DNA from: Vicugna vicugna
Taxonomy: Eukaryota
Reading direction: 5' to 3'
Assembly: GCA_013265495.1 (NCBI GenBank)
Contig: MU058213.1
Span: forward strand, 5,539,149 to 5,603,148
DNA length: 64,000 nt
Shown here in pieces: positions 12,246 through 24,369 of this stretch (positions within the stretch are counted from its first letter, which is position 1; every line of letters begins with the position of its first letter). Made by a program: the position numbers and the translations under genes. The notes under the pieces were generated by a model. The model had not been told where the DNA came from. It made no database searches and worked only from the letters and a program-made list of their open reading frames with translations.

Positions 12246-15200
12246 TGGAGAGTGGGGATTTTTATTTTTTAATACAAAGGAATGCATAACAACTTACACA
12301 GTTTCTTTCAAAATCAAGACCAGAAAGGATAGACCCTCTCTACACTTTTTCTGAAAAACACTATAAATAGTTCCATTCTTTGTTATTAATAGTCAGTTAA
12401 ATGGGCAGAAAGAGAGACAGGGAAGGAACATGTAAGGGTAGGAGAAATAAAAAGCTCGATGAAAGACTATAATCAATACAAATAAGAAGAGCCAACAGGT
12501 ATTGTTCTGGGCACTGTGCTAAGCACCGTCCATGGGTTGTTCTCATTTATTCTTCCCCTAAACCCCATGGAGTAAAAAAAAAAAAAAAAGTACTGTCCCT
12601 ATTTTAGAGTGGAGAAACTGAGGTACAAAGATTTTAAATAATTATCCTGCTAATGGGGCTAAAAAATAGAGAAGCCAGCAAGGAAATCCAGTCCTCTGTC
12701 ACAAAGCCCTCACTCAAGAGACAAATACCAAAAGAGACAGTCTTTCCTTGGAAGGAACCTTAACCTGTTATCTTAAAGTTCTGCAGCTGAATACTTCCTT
12801 TATCACTTCTTAACAATAGGAATGACAGGGGAAATTTTGTGCTTCAATAGAAAACCATACACTCCCCACAAACCACACAACCTTCCTGGGTTATCTGATT
12901 CTAGCGTCCACTGCCCTTGAGGCATTTTACAACTGTGTGCATTGTAGATAACTAACAGCGATGTGAAAGGCAGCCTCTGTGCTGTCCTATACAAGTTCCA
13001 GCCACTTCCCTGCCATTTGCCCATTCATTTCAACATCGCTTTATCCACATAAGTTTGTGGGGTTTTTTTCTTCTCCTTTGAATTGGTTATAACATCCTTA
13101 CCAGCTTCTTCATTAGTGAATTAAACAAAATACTTACCATAGATTCAATTTTATATCTGAATGAGAGTTATGGTTTTACTTTTTGAAAAAAATATTATGT
13201 CTTAACAGAATTATCAAAGTATGTCAAAGCACCTCATTGTTGCCTTCTGCAGGACCCTTCGGCATGACCTAACCCAAATGGTTTTAAGAGTAACTGGATG
13301 ACTGTTGCTGGTCTGTAAATCAGGTCTTTTGTTAGTCTTGCCCTGACAATTTCCTGCCAAACACTCTGTTCTGTCCATGCCAAAGATTCATGGGTGAAGA
13401 CTCCTGTCCCCTCATCTTGGCTGGTCTTTTTCACTGTTGACTGGAGAAAGTTAATCTATGTATAAATTATGTAATTCCATCCCACCATAGTGTCTCCATT
13501 ACGTCTATCTTCTGCTGTGATTCATGGGCTGTTTCAGGCTACCTCCAGTAAACAGCTGAGAAAGGCTCTAGAACATTTGTTTTTAAAGTAATAACAATAA
13601 ACACGTGGTCTACACCTTCATCAGCAGTTCCGGAGCACAACACAACTCCATTTTTTTTTTAACCTTAGATCCATTCTCGTGGCCAATTCCTACTGCACTT
13701 GGCAGGACTAATTTTTGTTGTATGTGCTTTGAATTCAGACAAACATGGTTCAGATTTCATTCCACCACTTACTGAAGTGTGGATTTGAATGATTCAGTAA
13801 CCTCTCTGAGCTTCAGCTTCCATCTGTGCATAAAGGAAATAATCATACATGCATCATCATGGGATTGTTCCTGAGGCTTCAGTGAGATCTATGGGAGTTG
13901 GCCCCTGAACTGTTAACCCCTGACTTCTGGGCCTGCCTAGGACTCGATGACTAACCATGACAACAAGATACCCTGTGAAAAATAATGAGTCACTAGCAGC
14001 ACTCGAAGCAGATCACTGGGAACTGATTTCTTTAGCCAAGGACTTCGTTGGCTACCCTCAGAAGGCTTTTAGAAGGTGACTGGGTGTTTTGGAGCAAGCA
14101 CCAGCTGCTGGAGAGAGGCTTGGGCCGCTTCGATCTGAGTGATGCCCTAGTCCTGCCTGATAGCGAGAATGAGGACTGTGCCCCTGGCTGCCCCATAGTT
14201 GGAAGCACTGGGATTCAGAGAAAGAGAGCTGCTGTGCCAATGGCCCGCCTTCCCCAGCTGTGCCCTTGGTTTGCTGCAATGAGCCAATTCAGTTCATATC
14301 TTGGTTGGTCTCCCCGAGGAGCCGAGCATGATCACCCCTCAGTAAGCCCAGGCAGCACCCGAAGCAGCTGGAGGATGTAGGCACAGAGTCCATTCTATGC
14401 CCACCCTCTTTCCCACGGTGGGGAAAGCCCTTGTCAGACTTTAAGGAGGCAGCAATGGTCTTTATCTGGCTATTCAAAACCAAGTTAAATCTTTACCTCC
14501 CTTTGCTTTACAAGCATAATGCAAACAGAGACAAAAGGTTTTCCATTCTACTGGAACTACTAACATCATAAAATGCATTGTTGATTCCAGAGTATCCAGT
14601 CACCAAAAAAAGACAACTCTGGTTTTTGTGTTTTGTTTGTTAGTTTCACTGTTCCACAAAACAGAAGCTGAAATTCTGATAGGGAGAATAAATGGGCCCG
14701 CATAAAACTGAAAACATAAAAATAAGTGTAGAAGGAGACCTCAGTTCTTTATTCCCTAGCTCTTCACTTCAGATTTTGGGAGTGAGTGAGTATCAGTTCA
14801 GAGGGACCTAGAAGTCCTCAGATCCAGTCTACAGAGATTACATAGCCTTACACAAGGAATCTCAGAGTCTCAGTTTTCTCACCTGTAAAATGGAAGAAGT
14901 AATTTTTATTTCATTTGTTACAAAAACCAAATGGCTCTGAATGTGCCAATAGTTGTTACAAACACATTCCATATAATAACCATTTCACCCTCACCCTTCT
15001 GTTTACAGATGAGAAAACCCTCGCAAAGAGAAGTTACATTATTTGCAGGAGGTCACACAGCTAGTCAGAGGCAGAGCCCATGCAGAGGTTACTCTGCAAA
15101 GGTTAGTCAATGCAGGCATGATGATCTTGGACGAATACATACCTGCTTGAAATGTTTGAAACACTTCATTCTTTCACAGTTTTAACGTCATCCACAATCT

Positions 15201-16072
15201 TGTTTTCACCTTTCATGTGTTTACTTGTCTTAAAAAAAAAATAAAAAGTAACAGATAAGGAAAAGGTTAGGCCTCAGGCCAACCCCCTTTCCAGTAAGGA
15301 CATGTTCCAAGCCAGTTCAAAGAAGTGTCCCGACTTGTTTTTACTGTAATCCCACATGGTACAAGAATGTCCACACAGATCGATCTGTGACCCAATAAAA
15401 GCTTGTTCATTTTTCTGGTAGCAGCCTGGCTCCAATCAGGTGTAGGAGAGGACAGTTATGTTCCAAGGACTTGACCCTGCACACTTCACAGATTTCATGT
15501 AGGGAGTAGAGTGGGGTTGAGGTGTAGGAAAGAAAGCTCAGTGCAGTCCTGAGAAAAGCCAGAGATTAAGTGGTTAAGAAATCACACCCTGGACTCAGGT
15601 GGCCCTGATTTCCCCTACCTCAGGTTTTTCCTGGTAAAATACAGTTTTTCCCTAGTTCTTCACCTCTTAAATCCCAACTGTAAATGAGAGACATAATAGC
15701 AGCAATCGAAAACTTACTGTTTCCACTGCCCTTTTCTTGGAACTCCACCAAGAGCCTGCCATTCTCAGGTATCCCCGGTGTCTGATGAGGAAAGCAAGAA
15801 AAGCTGATTTGAGAATATAAAACCCTGTTTCTCTCACCACAAAATGTCACCTTGATCCCCTGGCTTCTCCCTCCTGGGACTTGCTCTCTTTATCTCTATA
15901 AAATATTTTTTCTCCTGATTAACTTTCTTATCACCATTACACTAAAAGAAAAGGTTACATCCAGGTCATCAAAGCCCAGCCTCTTGAAATCTCTACTTCT
16001 TCAAGAAGATTTTCAAATTAAAAGAGAGCATGAACTGGGCAATTCTTAGGGATCTGGTTATAAGACCTTTAG

Positions 16073-16170
16073 TTTTTGTTTTTTCCAGCTGAGGTACTGG
16101 GGATTTGAACCCAGGATCTCACGTGTACTAAGCATGCACTCTATTACTGAGCAATACCCCCCCCTCCACC
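16073..16170 (-). mobile_element. Camelid tRNA-Ala-derived SINE (vic-1 type), more diverged copy
   Basis: GAGGTACTGGGGATTTGAACCCAGGATCTCACGTGTACTAAGCATGCACTCTATTACTGAGCAATACCCC, same family as 12135-12245. Confidence 0.85.
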
Positions 16171-16457
16171 GCTGAGACCATTATAATTTTGGATTGAGGA
16201 TTGCAGATGAGAGCAAGCCCTGGGCTCTACCACTGTGGGCAACGTGGATAACTTTGCTGGAGGCGCCAAGGGTCATGTTCATGGGAAGTGAAGAGTCCTG
16301 CAGTAGCTGCTGAGCTTTCTGGAGTGTGGAGATGACTCAATCCCACTAATGGATCTGCTGACTGTTCCAGTGCTTTGATGAGATCCCCACATTATAGTCA
16401 GGTCCCTGAGGCTCAGGGGCCACCGTGTCCCTCTACAGCAGTCTTCACCCACTTTTT

Positions 16458-16765
16458 TTATTATGTTGAGACATGTTCCCTCTATACCCACTTTGGTGAG
16501 AGTTTTTATCATAAATGGGTGTTGAATTTTATCAAATGCTTTTTCCGCATATATTGAGATGATCATGTGGTTTTTGACCTTTCTCTTGTCAATGTGATGT
16601 ATCACATTGATTGATTTGTGTATGTTGAACCACCCTTGTGTCCCTGGGATGAACCCCACTTGGTCATGATGTATAATCTTTTTTATGTGCTGTTGGATTG
16701 TATTTGCTAATATTTTGGTGAGGATTTTTGCATCTATGCTCATCAGTGATATTGGTCTGTAATTT
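16458..16765 (-). mobile_element. Internal L1 ORF2 reverse-transcriptase fragment
   Basis: ORF 16279..16743 encodes [50 protein letters not shown]...[17 protein letters not shown], the L1 RT N-terminal motifs. Flanked by TTCACCCA(C)TTTTT direct repeats. Confidence 0.95.
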
Positions 16766-16953
16766 CACCCATTTTTAGTAAAGCACCTTTATCAGTTTGA
16801 AAAAATTTTTGAATTCTCCCCCAAAATATATGGGTATATTTATCTGCTTATAACTTATATAGCATTAATATATTACATAGTACTATATACAAATGTTATA
16901 GTGTAAGTATATTATAAACATTATATATACATAAACAAAATTTTCTAAGGTGG

Positions 16954-17295
16954 TGTCAGTCTGTTTGGGCTGCTATAAGAGCATAGCATAGACTGGGTGG
17001 CTTATAAAATGTATCTCTCACAGTTCTGGGGGCTGGAAGTCTAAGATCAAGGCACCTGCAGAGTTGGTGTCTAACGAGGAACTCAGAGATGGCCATATTC
17101 TCATTGTAACCTCACAGGGAGGAAGGGGGCAGGGATCTGTTTGGGATTCCTTTCATATGGGCGCTAGTCCCATTCATGGGCTCTGGCCTCGTGACCTAAT
17201 CACCTCCCAAAGGCCCCACCTCCATCTACCGCCGCCTTGGGGGCTAGGTTTCAACCTATGAATTTTGGGGGGACACAAACATTCAGCCTCTAGCA
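16954..17295 (-). mobile_element. MaLR LTR, MLT1A-like
   Basis: TGTCAGTCTGTTTGGGCTGCTATAA...TCTCACAGTTCTGGGGGCTGGAAGTCTAAGATCAAGG...GGGGACACAAACATTCAGCCTCTAGCA, with 5-bp flanks GGTGG/GGTAG. Confidence 0.85.
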
Positions 17296-19189
17296 GGTAG
17301 TGTAAGAGAAATCTGAAAGACCTATCATTTTCCTCTTGTGCCCCAACAGATCATTCAAGCGTCACCCTGAGGCAATGGTACTCAAAACTGTGGGTGACCA
17401 GGAATAATCCGGAGGATTTGTTTCAAATGCAGGTTGTCGGGGCCCCAGGCCTGGAAGTGCCCATTCACTGTTCTTGGGACGGGCCTGTGGCTCCCTCTTC
17501 CTGAGCTCAGGGCTGACTCCGATTGCAACCCTCAGTCAGATTTGGGAACCACTGATCCAGCCCGTTCTGTTTTCCTACCCTTTTCATTTTCGGCTAAAAT
17601 TTTATCACTGTGGTCTTGCTGTTTATCTACCTCCTGGACACCCCCTTGACTCCCTACATGAATTAAATGCTATAAAAATAGTAAGAATAGTTGCCATTTA
17701 TCATCTCCTGCTTGCCAGGATTGCTATGGGCTTTACCCCTTCACCTCACCTCCTTTAACCTGATCAGGTAAGTATACCTAGTCCCGCTACACAGACAAAA
17801 AATCCAGAGCTCAGATCACTAATGTCCTGCTCTAGGTCACCCAGGCAGTAAGTGATAGGCCAGGGACCTTAACCTAGATCTTTCTAACTCCAGAGCCTGG
17901 ACTCTTGACTACTAAGCATATTGCCTACAAAATAAATCACTATAATTTATTGGAATTCTACTCTGAACAAAGCACTCGGCTGGGCACTTCACGTACAAAT
18001 TTCCAACACTCATGACAGACCCATGCTGGCAGAGGTGTGAATCTCAGTCCACAGATTCTGATGTGGAAGAAATAGCATTATTTTCTATAACTCATCTGAA
18101 TTATGACTCCAAACTCCTATTTTTCAAGCCCTCCTGGATTCCTTCACCTTACCCCCCTTGCCAGTTTGAGACCAGACACAATACCCAGGCCTGGGGTTAG
18201 GGGTGAGCAGCTGGTCCTCTGCCATTAGTCCACATAGGGGACCACTGACTGAGGGGCTGGTCCTCCCCATCTACATGACCTGTCGGCACCAGCGCTCCCT
18301 GTTGCCCCCATCCCACACCAGGCACAGGGGCATCTTTTGCCCCACTGCTGACACACACACAGACGTTTCCTCTTTGGCTTCTTACTACCTCTGGAAGCAA
18401 GGAACCGGCCCCCTCTGTCCCATAGACAAATGTCCCCCTCCCCTACCCACTTGCAAAGCCCAGCAGACTCTCCTTCTAGTGATGGGGAGGTAAGGGTACT
18501 CCTTCCTTCACATCCCTTTAAAACATGTTCAGCTTTTTGCTTCTCTTTGTTGGTTGGAATTCTCTTACCCTAGGTCCTAAGGTTGAGAAGACAAAAGATT
18601 TAGCCTTCTCTCTACCTTACCCTTTGTAAGAGGGAGGGAGAGTGTGCAGCAGAGGTTGGGAGAAATATATTAAGTTGACACCTCAAAATATTATCTCCAG
18701 CTCATGGTATCTTATTTTACAGGTGAGGAGATGGAATTCATTAAGGTTAAATAACATTTTGCAGCTAGCTGATAGTAAACCCCGGATCCTGGAGGCACTT
18801 GGATTCACTGGTATCTTGGTGAGTTAATCTGCAGGCTGAGATGGGGGCACAGTTGGTTCCCGGCAGTACTCAGAGGACAAAAGATGAGGTGGACCCAGGG
18901 GAGAGGAGCCCAAAGTGCATAGTCAGCTGGTTTTAGGTTCCAACTTTCTGGGAAATAAGAAGTGGAAACTTTAGTTCCTGCTTAACCGTGCAAAGTAGAA
19001 TGGAGCCAGCCAAGGAACCAGGGCAGAAGCCTCTGCTCAGAAATGATGCATCTGACCGGACGGTCCCCATGGTGCAGTCCTCTGGAAGGAGGTGCAGCCA
19101 CAGGACAGCAGTGTTAAGGTTTGCCCTAGGGTCAGCCTGTCCAAACTTCTGGTGGTCTTGTCAGTCAGTTTCATACGGGCAATGGTCAC

Positions 19190-20150
19190 CATGTTACCCA
19201 ACTGCCTACTCAGTATTTCCACTTAGATGTCTAAGAGGCATCTCAGGCTCCACGTGGCCAAATCTGAATTCCTCATCTTCCCACTCACCAAACCTGCTCC
19301 ACTCACAGCCTTTCCCACCTCAGCTGATATCAACAGCACTGTCCCTCTTGCTCAAGCCAAAATCCTTGAAGTCATCTTCTACCCCTCTCTTTCTCCACAT
19401 CCCAGGAGTCAGAAAATCCTGTTGCATCTACCTTCAAAACATATCAGCACCCATCCACCACTCCCCAATTCTACTCTTACCATGCTGAACCAAGCCACCA
19501 TCACCTCTCACCAATCACTGCAATAGATCTCCCCCACTTGTACCCCTGCTCACTAATAATCTGTTCCTAGCCTTGCAAACAGAATGGTCCTCACAAATGT
19601 AATACAAAACCGTGTCACTCTTCTGCTCAGGCTGGTTCCCCGTATCTCATGTGAAAGCCCCAGTCCTTATGATGACATCTCCCTAATCACTGACCTCCAT
19701 GCAGTCTGTGGAACATACCAGGCATGCTTCTGTCTCAGGGCCTTTGCACTGGCTGCACTGGCTGTTCTGGCCACCTAAAGCTCTCAAGATGTTCACAAGG
19801 GCAGCTCCCTCAAATGCTTGCTCAAAGTGCAACTTTCTTACAAGGCTCACCTTGACCATTCTATTTAAAATCACTACCTCCTTCAACCCCCTTAACTCAG
19901 TCATACTTTTCCTTTTTCCATAGCTCTGATTGCATTCTACCAATCTACATCATCTCTTACTTATTATGTCTATTATCTATTATCTGACACCTCCCATCCC
20001 CAATGGTACATAAGCTCCACAAGGACAGGAATCTTGGTCTGTTTTGTTCACTTGTATATCCCAAGTGCCTAGAACAGTGCCTGGCACATCGTAGGTATGC
20101 AAAAAACCAAAAATAAACAAACAAAAAAAACTGAACAAATGAATAAAGTT
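19190..20150 (+). mobile_element. LINE-2 3' region
   Basis: CCAACTGCCTACTCAGTATTTCCACTTAGATGTCT...TAAGCTCCACAAGGACAGG...CCTAGAACAGTGCCTGGCACATCGTAGG...GAACAAATGAAT is a typical L2 3' end. Confidence 0.85.
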
Positions 20151-20589
20151 TAAATAAAATAGAGACCCAAAGAACACTATAAGAGCCATACACAGAAACA
20201 TTTTCCCTGCCTGTTCTGCTGCATGTCCTTACTTCTCAGTCCTCTACACAGCTGGAGCATTAATTAACACGGAGGAGGAAACAGGATGTTTACTCCAGGG
20301 GCCCCCGGAAAAGGCATCCAGTTCTGCATCTTTGCTCCTCCATCAGCCCCTTCTTACACTAAGGTTAGAGGTTTTCTGCCACTTTCAGCTCTAGAAATAT
20401 TGCCCACAACTCTCTGACCACAGGCACCAGCAATTTTGCCCAACTCAACAGAAAACAGACCCTCTGGGCTCTCCTCATAGCAGAGTCTTTTTCTCTCTCT
20501 GGGCTTAGCCTGCAGTTTGAAACACTGCTGGCAAGAGCCTGCCTCCCCTTTGCAGTGCTGTCAGAGAGAGACCTAGGCAACCATGTGGG

Positions 20590-20952
20590 AGCCACCTACC
20601 CCTGACCTTTGACAGCATTTCCAAGCACAACACATTAACAAAATTGATTAATTTGGAACTATGACCTTGGCCCGAGAAGGTTAGAATACATGACAGAATA
20701 TTTTAGTTTCAAAATGTATCAGAATTGGAAAAAAAACAAACCCTTTGGTAAATCAACCTTTTTTTTTTTTTTGGTATGAGATATAGTCAGATTTGGGATT
20801 ACAGGTAGCGAGGAAAGTGAACACTAGAAAACGTGTTTAGAAGGTTAATTATTAATGAGCAGTCTTCCCTAACAAGGTATCAATAGACAATCTGGTCTCT
20901 TTAGCTTCAGAAATTAGCAAGAAGACCTCGGACCCTGGCTGAGACAGGAAAC
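20590..20952 (+). promoter_or_regulatory. LIPC: LIPC proximal promoter and short 5' UTR
   Basis: HNF1 palindrome GGTTAATTATTAATG (20843-20857). DR1 nuclear-receptor/HNF4-type sites TGACCTTTGACAG (20603-20615) and GGAACTATGACCT (20655-20667). Lies directly upstream of the LIPC ATG. TSS probably near 20905-20915 (inferred). Confidence 0.85.
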
Positions 20953-21037
20953 ATGGAAAATCCCCTGTGTGTCTCTATTTTCTTGATTTTGTGCATCTTT
21001 ATCCAGTCAAGTGTCCATGGACAAAGCCTGGAACTAG
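20953..21037 (+). CDS. LIPC: Hepatic triacylglycerol lipase, first coding exon (signal peptide)
   Basis: Good Kozak context AACATGG. Translates to MENPLCVSIFLILCIFIQSSVHGQSLEL plus 1 nt, matching the mammalian hepatic lipase N-terminus (human MDTSPLCFSILLVLCIFIQSSALGQSL). Ends at the phase-1 donor TAG|GTAAGA. Confidence 0.95.
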
Positions 21038-22169
21038 GTAAGAGCCTGCCTTTTCTCCGGAGATGGGCGTGGATTTTCTTTTTTAAATGTTTGTCACAAC
21101 GAATGTAAGCGTTCTTGACTGTGTGGGACAGAGCTTGCTTCGTAGCACACCAGGTAGCTCTGTCGGTGGCACCCCAGGTCACAAGGGACTTGCAGCCGTT
21201 TGTAAGCAGGATTGAAATTGTAGGAAACCACTCTGGGAGTAAAAGTCTTCTCCAAGTGCTTGCAGCTAGCAATGAAGTCTTCGCAAATCCAATTCAGAAA
21301 TAGTCAGGCTGAGGTTTCTTTGGTGAAGCATACTCTGAAGGAGTTTCAGATCTTCCTGAGAGTTAATTTGGCGTCTAATTTGCAGTTGAGGGGCACAGCT
21401 TGCAATGAAATGCTCTGCCTTGCTGAGACTGTCTAATTGCTGGCTCTTTCAGAAGAGTCCTCTTTCCAGTCAGGTCTAAAACAGAGCTATCACTGCACAT
21501 TTTCCAGACTTGGCCGTTTCTGCCAAAGTTTTACTCTGCGACTGAGGAATCCAATAGCAATCACGTCTGTTTGGTCTCTAAGTTCACAAACTAGATTGAT
21601 GGCCAAAGAGATCCAAATGCTTGATCAGGTGGGTGGATTCCAGGTTCCTGGCTAAGCAGCGCATTGAATTGATCAATGATGCATATGATGTGAACTGGAC
21701 TGTTTGGTCAAATGACACTGGCGTTTGGGACATTGTTTTTGTGCTGGTTACTAATGAGGGGCTAGAAACTCTAAGGGAGAGGCTTAGATTTTTCTTTCCT
21801 CCAAGACTATGCTTGGAGGGACTTCCAAAAAGAATTAGGAGCTTACTACTCAAAGATGTACCTGAAAATTCCAAAACCTCTTTTTCTCCTTTAAGAAAAA
21901 GGACTGTTCTTTGTATTTCACTATTATTTTGTATCCTAGGTCAGTTGATAACTTACTAGCAGTATTTATTATCACCATCCACTGAGCATTCTGCACGTCA
22001 ACCACAGTGCTAATTACTTTCCATACATCTCACTCATAAAGCCATGTCCAAAACAGATAATAACTTAGAGCCATGCAGGCAGAACTGCTGATGAACTTTA
22101 TTCCCTGAGTTCGCAGGGATATTGCTGAAGAGGCTTTCCTGCCCTTTAGCCCAGAATGTTTTTCTTAAT

Positions 22170-22490
22170 TTTTTAGTGAAGTACAACATATATCTAGAAA
22201 AGTGCTTATGTAGTAAGTGCTCAATGAATTTTCACAATTTGAGCCAGCATCCCAGAAGCCTCCCTTGCATACCCTTGTGCCTTAATATAGATTATCTTGC
22301 TTCTGGGGGCGGGGGGAGCTTTTCAATAATGTAAACATACAGTACGTGCTCTTTTGTTTCTGGCTTCTTTCATTCAATATCACATTGGTAAGGTCCACCC
22401 ACGCGGCTGCACGCGGTGGGACTTGCTCATCCCCGTCCCTGCAGCCTTCCGTTGTGCGCCTATACCTCCCTTTCCTCATCCGTTCTGCTG
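22170..22490 (-). mobile_element. Ancient L1M 3' UTR fragment
   Basis: TTTTAGTGAAGTACAACATA...AATGAATTTTCACAA...CTCTTTTGTTTCTGGCTTCTTTCATTCAATATCAC. Confidence 0.7.
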
Positions 22491-22892
22491 CTGACTGGTC
22501 CAGACTCTGTTTCAGTAGAGGCTTGGGAGCTGGAAGCCCTTAGAGCCAAGGTGAAGGTTGAAAAGCAGGACAGCCTTTCCCAGTTGCCAGGTATTGTCCA
22601 GATTTCCCTCAGCAAATCCCATGCTGGTCAGCTACTGCTTTCCCAGGATCTTAGTTTGTCCAAAAGCTGAGGGAAGCAGCCACAGTTAGTGGGCAGGTTC
22701 CTCGGGGATGAGGATCAGAGTCAGGGGGCCTCCTGCTCCCTTGACAGCAGAATGTCTCGACAGAATTCCTTCTGCAAGGGGTGGACCAGATCATTGTGCA
22801 CGAGGCTGGTGCGACGTCTTCTTGGGCTGCTGCAGGGAAGCAAGCATTCCACAGTGGCGCCCCAGAAGTCTGAGTATCTATACCTCATAGGA

Positions 22893-23100
22893 TAGTTTTA
22901 CAAAGCACACCCCCCCAGGGACATTCAGCAATGTCCAGAGACAGTTTTGGTTGTCAGTACTGGGGGCAGAGTGCTGTTGGCATGTAGTGGCGAGACACCA
23001 GGGATGCTGTTAAACATCCTACAATGGACAAGATACTCCCACAGCTATGAATTAGTCAGGACAAAATGTCAACAGAGCCAAGGCTGAGAATGCTTGGTCT
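22893..23100. mobile_element. MER20 (hAT-Charlie)
   Basis: CCCCCCAGGGACATTCAGCAATGTCCAGAGACAGTTTTGGTTGTCA...CCAGGGATGCTGTTAAACATCCTACAATG...AAAATGTCAACAGAGCCAAGGCTGAGAA. Confidence 0.85.
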
Positions 23101-23837
23101 ACACCAAGATCCAACTATCAACAGTCAGGGGCCAGGAAGGACTTCCTCCTCCACCCTGGCCCTCCCAGCTTACTATTTTTTTTAATTATTATTAGTGACA
23201 TTGCTAATGGACCCACTAATGTACTGTGCATCCAGTACATGCCGGACACGGCACAAACATTTCATCCCACCCTCTCCTGTGGTCAAGTCAGCCGGCAGCA
23301 AAGCGACTTCCCGTGGCTGTTCAGGGCAGAGCAGGGAGAGGCACCTAGAGCTTGGTCTGCCTTCCTGAGGCTACAGGCATCTCCCACCATTGTGCTCACA
23401 TCCAGTGGTTTGACAGCCAGAGATCCATTCCTAGAAATGCATTCTGCTTGCTTCCTCCCACAGGGGAGGCAGCTTCCGGCAATGCCCACCCATCAGCACC
23501 AAAGGGAACAGAAGACAGCGAGCCTCCTGAAACCCCCAGGACACAGAGCTACCACCTCACTGCCTGAGGTCCACACTCACCTCACTGGTGTGGCCGGTGG
23601 CGGGGGGCAATGCTGCTTCAAATGCTGGCAGTTGCTCCTAGACCCTGGCAGCCCTCACCTTCTAGTGGTACCCCTCCATTGGTGTCCACCACCATTACCT
23701 ACGGGTGCCTACCCCATCCCTCCAGTCCCAGCCACAGCTTCCAAATCCTGGGAGCAGCCGAAGCCCATCCGTTCCATCACTCACTCATTGAACAAGTGTG
23801 CAAAGGCATCTGCCGTGTCTAAGGCAGTGCGTTAGTA

Positions 23838-24240
23838 CAGCAGTTCTCGAAGCTTCTGGTCCCAGGACACCATTACATTCTCAAAAATTATTTAAAATTT
23901 CAAAGAGCTCTTTTTTATATCGAATACAGCTATCAGTATTTACCAGATTGGAGACTAAAACCGAGAACATTTTAAAATTTTGATGCTTTTAAAAACAACA
24001 TACTCATCATATGTTAACATGTATAACATGATATTATGAGAAATAACTTGTATTTTCTAAACAACAACAAAAAAGTGAGTCAGAAGAGGGACATTGGTTC
24101 ACAAAGAAATTTTGCTAATTTCTTTAATGCCTGGCTTAGTGGAAGTGGCTAGATCTTCTCACCTGCTTCTGTGCTGAATCTGTTGTGACACGTTGCTTCA
24201 TTTGAAGTGTGTGAAGAAAATCAGCCGCACGTACAGGAAA
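23838..24240. mobile_element. Charlie1-like hAT terminal fragment
   Basis: CAGCAGTTCTCGAAGCTTCTGGTCCCAGGACACCATTACATTCTCAAAAATTATT...TTTCTTTAATGCCTGGCTTAGTGGAAG. Confidence 0.7.
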
Positions 24241-24369
24241 AGGGAGGACATCCTCAGAGACCCTACCTGGGCCCACACTCAGAGCTGCTGCATTTGTGCA
24301 GGAGACACACTGTGCAACTGTGGACTACACCAGCAGTCCTTGCCCCCAGCTAGCTTACTGTCACGTCAC

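Noticed and set aside
16279..16743. Stand-alone reverse transcriptase gene or novel RT system
   Set aside because: It is a ~100-codon piece of L1 ORF2 lacking the catalytic core, reading through into unrelated flank.
18988..19943. Cluster of overlapping ORFs up to 166 aa
   Set aside because: They overlap a degraded L2 element, with no coherent protein or splice structure.
23239..23835. Longest ORF in the window (198 aa)
   Set aside because: Pro/Ser/Ala-rich with no family resemblance, in intronic GC-moderate sequence; likely chance.
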